Shown here: positions 59,293 to 64,000 of the stretch, piece after piece | How positions within the stretch are numbered: the stretch's first letter is position 1 | How the letters are laid out: every line of letters starts with the position of its first letter | Assembly (NCBI GenBank): GCA_965217895.1 | Contig: CBDCJV010000002.1 | Span: forward strand, 1,440,001 to 1,504,000 | Origin: Waterburya sp. | Lineage (GTDB): Bacteria; Cyanobacteriota; Cyanobacteriia; Cyanobacteriales; Xenococcaceae | Length of the DNA: 64,000 nt | Direction of reading: 5' to 3' | Program-made: the position numbers and the translations under genes | Notes under the pieces: generated by a model | Databases searched by the model: none | The model's input: only the letters and a program-made list of their open reading frames with translations | What the model was told of the DNA's origin: nothing

Positions 59293-59637
59293 GCTAGCTA
59301 AATGTTTTTTAAAATGCAGTTGAGAAAAAAAGACAATTCACAAAAATCATTTAATTTTCTTCTAAAGAAATTTTTAAATTTTCTTCTCAATCCTAATTAT
59401 TTTTTGCTTCGCAATCTAATTATAGTCTGTAGCGATCGCTTGACGCTTTTCAAGTTTATTTCTTTTCCTCGTCACTGCCTTTCACCCTTAAAGAGAAAAG
59501 TATTGTTAGTTGATAATTATCAAGACTTGTTAGTCACTAAATCCTAGATTTTAAGATATTAATGCAAACAGCTATAGTTTAAAGTCAGTAGCAAAGGCGC
59601 ATATTAATTATAAAATTAGCAAAATATATGATTAAAA

Positions 59638-61686
59638 ATGATGAATAATAAATTTATACTGACCGCAGCAAGGCATTGGAAGTTGCTGACTTTATTTAAT
59701 CTTCTATTATTAGCAGCAACCATTTATATTGTCTTATTTAGCAAAAAAACCTGGACTTCTAATGCCAAGCTCATATTACCAAAACCAACTAGTGCTTTAA
59801 ATGCTAATCTTGGAACTTTAGGAAATATAAGTAGTGGAGATGGAGCCGTCTTTTCTCAACAGCTTAACTCTCTAAAAATTCTATCTTCAATTATTACTAG
59901 TAAAGATGCTTTGCGAGAAGTATGGCTACAAGATGAAGAGCGAGATTTATATCCTCGTTTGGAAAACTACGCCACATTGTTTACCGTTATTCCCGAAAAC
60001 GAATCTACCATTATCGATCTATCAATCGATGGTTCAAGTCCAGAGCTAGCTAAAAAACGCACAGAGGTCTTGCTGACAACTTTGCAAAAACGATTAGGGC
60101 AATTGCGCTCATCAGATGTTACTCAAAGAGCAGAATTTTTGGGATCGGAAATAAAAACTGCCCAGCAAAATTTACACTCAGCAGAAGTTGCTCTAAATGA
60201 CTACAAAAGTTTAGCTAATCTAATGGATAATGATCTTCAAGCTCAAGAAATTTTGTCCTCAGTCAAATCTTTGAGTACCGAAAAGTCCCAGGTAATGGCT
60301 CAGATTAAGGCAAGTGAAGAAAAAGCCAGCGAGTTATCTGCCCGCTTAAACATGACTCCTGAAGAGGGTGTAAACTCTTTGCGTTTGGGAGAAAATCCTG
60401 AGTATTTATCATTGCAACAGTCTTTATCTAATGTTGAAGCTAGATTAGCTGCTTCTCGCGCTCAGTTTTTTGAAGATTCCCCTCAAATTAAAAATTTGCT
60501 GGAGGAAAAAAATAAATTAGTTAAGCAATTAAAAAGCTATGGTGAACAATCTTTTGAGCAAAGCTCCCAGCCAACTGCTAGCAAGAGTAACTCTTCTGGT
60601 CTAGTTCAAGAATTAATTTTAGCCGACAGTTCAGCCAAAGAATCTAAGCAAAAAGCTCAACAGCTACAGCTAGAGATAGATAAAATGAATCAGGAGCTAA
60701 AATTGATGCCAGGGAAACAAAAAAAACTAGTCGAACTAAAACGCCGCTACAACACCGCCGAAGGTGTTTATAACGGGCTAGTAGCTCAAGTGCAAGAAAG
60801 TAAGCTCAATGGATTGAGTTCCTATCCCAACGCGCAGTTGCTTGATGCTCCAGATGTTGACCCCAAACCTACCAAACCCAAAAAATCATTAGTAGCTTTA
60901 GGTTATTTACTTACATCTATCCTGGGTAGCTCGGCAATTATTTTATTCTTAGATCAACGTCAATCTTTACTAGATCCCAAAGATATCGAAGACATTGATT
61001 TGCCTATTTTGGCTACTCTTCCCGAACTCAAAAATCCCCAACAGGATATTAGACTTGATGAAAGAGTTGTCATGGAGTTCCAGAGATTAGCTTTGGCGGT
61101 TAGCATGATGGATTTAGAACGTAACCGTTTAATGATTACTAGCACCTGCGCCGACGAAGGTAAAACCACCGTGACTATGGGTTTGGCTCATGCTCTAGCG
61201 GATTTGGGATTTCGGATTTTAATGGTTGATGGAGATTATCGTCAAGCCAATTTGAGTAGCTCATTAGGTTATTCGCAGCAGCAGATGTCAACTTTAACTA
61301 CGTTACAGCCGACGGCAATTGTTGAGAGAATTGACCTCTTGCCAACTATTTCTCAACCCAACAACATTGCTGAGTTTATTACTCGCGGGGGTTTTGAACA
61401 GGAGTTAAATATAATTCAGCAGCAAGAAAATTATGATTATATATTAATAGATAGTCCCCCTGTAGGCTTAACCAGCGAAGCTGTAATGATGGCAAGAATT
61501 ATTGGTGATTTGCTGTATGTAGTTAGACCAGGGCTAACTGACAGCAACGATTTTTTCCGCTGCATCAATCAAATTAATAATCATGAAGGAAATATCACTG
61601 GTTTAGTAGTTAACGGCATTAATAGTAAAAATTCTTATCTAAGCCACCAGAAAAAGATTTATCTACCGCAATCAATTGAACAATAG
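59638..61686 (+). CDS. GumC/Wzc polysaccharide co-polymerase with BY-kinase-like domain
   Basis: N-terminal TM, coiled coil, second TM, STCADEGKTT Walker A, VDGD, IDSPP. Confidence 0.88.
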   Translation: MMNNKFILTAARHWKLLTLFNLLLLAATIYIVLFSKKTWTSNAKLILPKPTSALNANLGTLGNISSGDGAVFSQQLNSLKILSSIITSKDALREVWLQDEERDLYPRLENYATLFTVIPENESTIIDLSIDGSSPELAKKRTEVLLTTLQKRLGQLRSSDVTQRAEFLGSEIKTAQQNLHSAEVALNDYKSLANLMDNDLQAQEILSSVKSLSTEKSQVMAQIKASEEKASELSARLNMTPEEGVNSLRLGENPEYLSLQQSLSNVEARLAASRAQFFEDSPQIKNLLEEKNKLVKQLKSYGEQSFEQSSQPTASKSNSSGLVQELILADSSAKESKQKAQQLQLEIDKMNQELKLMPGKQKKLVELKRRYNTAEGVYNGLVAQVQESKLNGLSSYPNAQLLDAPDVDPKPTKPKKSLVALGYLLTSILGSSAIILFLDQRQSLLDPKDIEDIDLPILATLPELKNPQQDIRLDERVVMEFQRLALAVSMMDLERNRLMITSTCADEGKTTVTMGLAHALADLGFRILMVDGDYRQANLSSSLGYSQQQMSTLTTLQPTAIVERIDLLPTISQPNNIAEFITRGGFEQELNIIQQQENYDYILIDSPPVGLTSEAVMMARIIGDLLYVVRPGLTDSNDFFRCINQINNHEGNITGLVVNGINSKNSYLSHQKKIYLPQSIEQ

Positions 61687-61703
61687 TTAAATGCGTAATC
61701 TGG

Positions 61704-63089
61704 ATGAAGAATAGATTTATTACAGTAAGCGATCGCCATAATTTTAATCAAGATGTGGCTCAAAAGCTATTTTCTGGTCTAAAACTGCGATTTTCGGCTT
61801 TAAGCCGTATTGAAACAATAGTTTGTTGGTTAATTATTCTAACTCCGCTGTGGTGGCTGTGGGGATGGAGCTACTTGTTTATTGTTTTGACCCTGGCTAC
61901 TTTTGCTTATGAAATCAAACAATCAGGTAGCTTATCTCTAGATACTCCAAGCTGGGTTGTGGTTTGGGCGTTATGCTTTGGCTGTTACAGCATCATCGCT
62001 GGCTATGCTTACTTAAAGTCCAACAATATAATCTTTAGTCCCAGACAAATGTTGGGCGTTGTCGATTCCTGGTTGACTTTCGCCTTGTTAACGTGGTATA
62101 TCCAGAGCAAAAAGCTAAAAATTCGTCTTCAGGTAGTAGCCTGGTCATTTTCAGTTTTGGTAATTTTGATGCTAGGTGTTTTTCTAGTGTCTTTAGTGGT
62201 TTTTAAACAGGCAGACTATTTACCCTTACGCAGTTTGTTTGGTCTACTGACAGATAAGGGTACGGTGTTTGAACATGGTCTAGGCAACAGTAACTATCTA
62301 ATTCCCTACTTTGCTACCGATGAAAGTTTTATTCCTGGACTAGTCCGCTACGTCTTCTTTTTTCACGGTCCGGAGTCTTTGGCTTTAGTAGCTGGATTTA
62401 TTGCTCTATTAGCTCTCGATCTTAAAAATCGCCCCTGGTCTTTGACTTTATTTGCAGGAGCATATTTTATTTCTCTTTTAAGCGGGACTCGCTCTGTTTT
62501 GGTTAGTCTTGTCTTAGTTGTAGTCTTTCGCTATGTAATTACTGCTGGTAAAACCTTTGGCGTGGCTTTAATTTTGACTGTTATGGCAACGGTCAGTTTT
62601 GCGACTTTTTCCTTTCCTCCCACCAGCAATCTGCTGTTTGATTCCATCGAGCAAACGGCACAGGAAGTCAACGATACCAGAGCCGATTCATCCCAAGGAC
62701 GAGGTGAAATTTATGTTCAGACTTGGGAAAAAATTGTCAACGCTCCAGATCTCGAATTGCTGTTTGGTCATGTAGTGCCAGGAGAAAGCGTAACCCCAAA
62801 TTATGAACCAGCCAAGATAGGTACTCATAGCTTTTACTTATCCACTTTGCTGTATAGATCGGGAATAATTGGCACAATCATATTTTTAGTCTTTTGGGTA
62901 ACATTATTTTGGTGGTTTTATAGCACTCAAACCACTAGACCACTCTGTTGTTTGCTGGTTTTTATACTTTTCACCCTGACTTTTACCGTAATGGAGCTTG
63001 AAGGATCTGTGATGCCGATTATCTTGATTTGTTCGATGCTCGAAAAATCTCCTCAAAAAGCTCGGTCTTTCCATCAAAATTATGAATAA
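61704..63089 (+). CDS. Wzy/O-antigen-ligase-like membrane protein
   Basis: About 10 TMs, SGTRS, GTHSFYLSTLLYRSGIIG; within the EPS operon. Confidence 0.75.
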   Translation: MKNRFITVSDRHNFNQDVAQKLFSGLKLRFSALSRIETIVCWLIILTPLWWLWGWSYLFIVLTLATFAYEIKQSGSLSLDTPSWVVVWALCFGCYSIIAGYAYLKSNNIIFSPRQMLGVVDSWLTFALLTWYIQSKKLKIRLQVVAWSFSVLVILMLGVFLVSLVVFKQADYLPLRSLFGLLTDKGTVFEHGLGNSNYLIPYFATDESFIPGLVRYVFFFHGPESLALVAGFIALLALDLKNRPWSLTLFAGAYFISLLSGTRSVLVSLVLVVVFRYVITAGKTFGVALILTVMATVSFATFSFPPTSNLLFDSIEQTAQEVNDTRADSSQGRGEIYVQTWEKIVNAPDLELLFGHVVPGESVTPNYEPAKIGTHSFYLSTLLYRSGIIGTIIFLVFWVTLFWWFYSTQTTRPLCCLLVFILFTLTFTVMELEGSVMPIILICSMLEKSPQKARSFHQNYE

Positions 63090-64000
63090 GCTAATTATCT
63101 TACCAGGAGCAACTAATGTTCTTGGAGGTACTCTAGTAACTCTTTCTTTACTATTACAGGGTGTGGCAGCCTGTCACGCTGTTGACAAAGTACAGGTACT
63201 AGCTCCATCTGGTTCTTTTTTAGCCAAATATCTGCAAACCAATGGACAAGAAAACTATCTCCAGTTGATTGCAGCAGATACCGAGGCTGTGTTTGTCAAA
63301 AAAGCCTTGCAGTGGGTAGCTCAACAGCCTCAAGATTGGGCATTGCTGATGGATAATTGCGTAGCCAAAGAATTAATGTCTGTATTAGTGCCTGGTTCAA
63401 TTTTTCTACGTCTAAGTCCTAGACCCGTTTATTTCTTTTTTCACGATTTAGCTCTTACTTATAATCCCGTTGGTTTTTTAATTCGCAAATTCATCTTCAC
63501 AACTCTTGCCCCCGTTAGTATGTGCAATTCCCGATTTACCGCAGGACATATTAAAAGGTTTGTGGGGAATGTGCGGGGCATTTTATATCAGCCAGTGGAC
63601 TTCAATAAATTTAATGGCTCTCCTCTAATTGAGCCTCCGCCAGCTAAGCTTAAACCAATTATTAACTCTGGTTATCGGCTGATGCTTACTCCTTCACGGT
63701 TAAACAAGCCAGGTATTGTCAATGATAAAAATCTGCGGGCGTTGATTCCTGTATTAGCCCAATTAAAAGCTTTAGGACACAATTACCACGGGGTTATCAT
63801 TGGCGATGATACTTCTAGTGATGGTAGTCATAGCCGAGATTTACAACAGCAAGCTGACCAAATGGGAGTAGCAGACAGATTTACGATTCTACCACCGACG
63901 CTCAACATTGAATCATATTATAAATGTGCGGATCTAGTCGTAACTCTTGCCCCCAGAGAGCCTTTTGGACGTACCGTAGTTGAGGCAATTTCCTGTGGCG
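63082..64000 (+). CDS. Glycosyltransferase family 4 (3'-partial; not in the ORF track)
   Basis: ATG 63082 MNKLIILPGA..., open to the window end with ADLVVTLAPREPFGRTVVEAISCG. Confidence 0.88.
   Translation, partial: MNKLIILPGATNVLGGTLVTLSLLLQGVAACHAVDKVQVLAPSGSFLAKYLQTNGQENYLQLIAADTEAVFVKKALQWVAQQPQDWALLMDNCVAKELMSVLVPGSIFLRLSPRPVYFFFHDLALTYNPVGFLIRKFIFTTLAPVSMCNSRFTAGHIKRFVGNVRGILYQPVDFNKFNGSPLIEPPPAKLKPIINSGYRLMLTPSRLNKPGIVNDKNLRALIPVLAQLKALGHNYHGVIIGDDTSSDGSHSRDLQQQADQMGVADRFTILPPTLNIESYYKCADLVVTLAPREPFGRTVVEAISCG

Noticed and set aside
59302..59547. 81-aa ORF between GT4 and wzc
   Set aside because: Low-complexity F/L/K translation of AT-rich, probably promoter DNA

Overview
AT-rich cyanobacterial chromosome segment. 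The HIP1 octamer GCGATCGC is very frequent, and chlI, ndhS, cruF/cruG and a ycf52-type GNAT are present; assignment to a Pleurocapsales-like lineage is only a guess. It is mostly housekeeping and envelope genes: msrP (partial), mltA, cysE, cruG/cruF, NDH-2, polA, chlI, mlaF/mlaD, ndhS, tRNA-His, cardiolipin synthase, ppgK, and the start of an exopolysaccharide locus (Wzc, Wzy-like, GT4s). These are interspersed with many miniature mobile elements and gene relics. Most notable: (1) a eukaryote-type sphingosine-kinase-like gene with an N-terminal PH-like extension (7168-8469); (2) three ORF-less structured intergenic elements sharing AGTCACAGATTAC and further motifs; (3) ~200-bp non-autonomous elements with IS608-type ends and heptamer-repeat cargo, one inside an ISAzo13 relic with an unexpected 7-bp flanking duplication; (4) HIP1-anchored direct repeats bracketing inserted DNA (a hicAB module; a ybjQ relic plus repeat-protein relic); (5) an AT-rich 1069-aa membrane-anchored coiled-coil protein that looks chimeric and possibly defence-derived. 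No CRISPR array or rRNA was seen. Family assignments come from motif recognition by eye, not from database searches.
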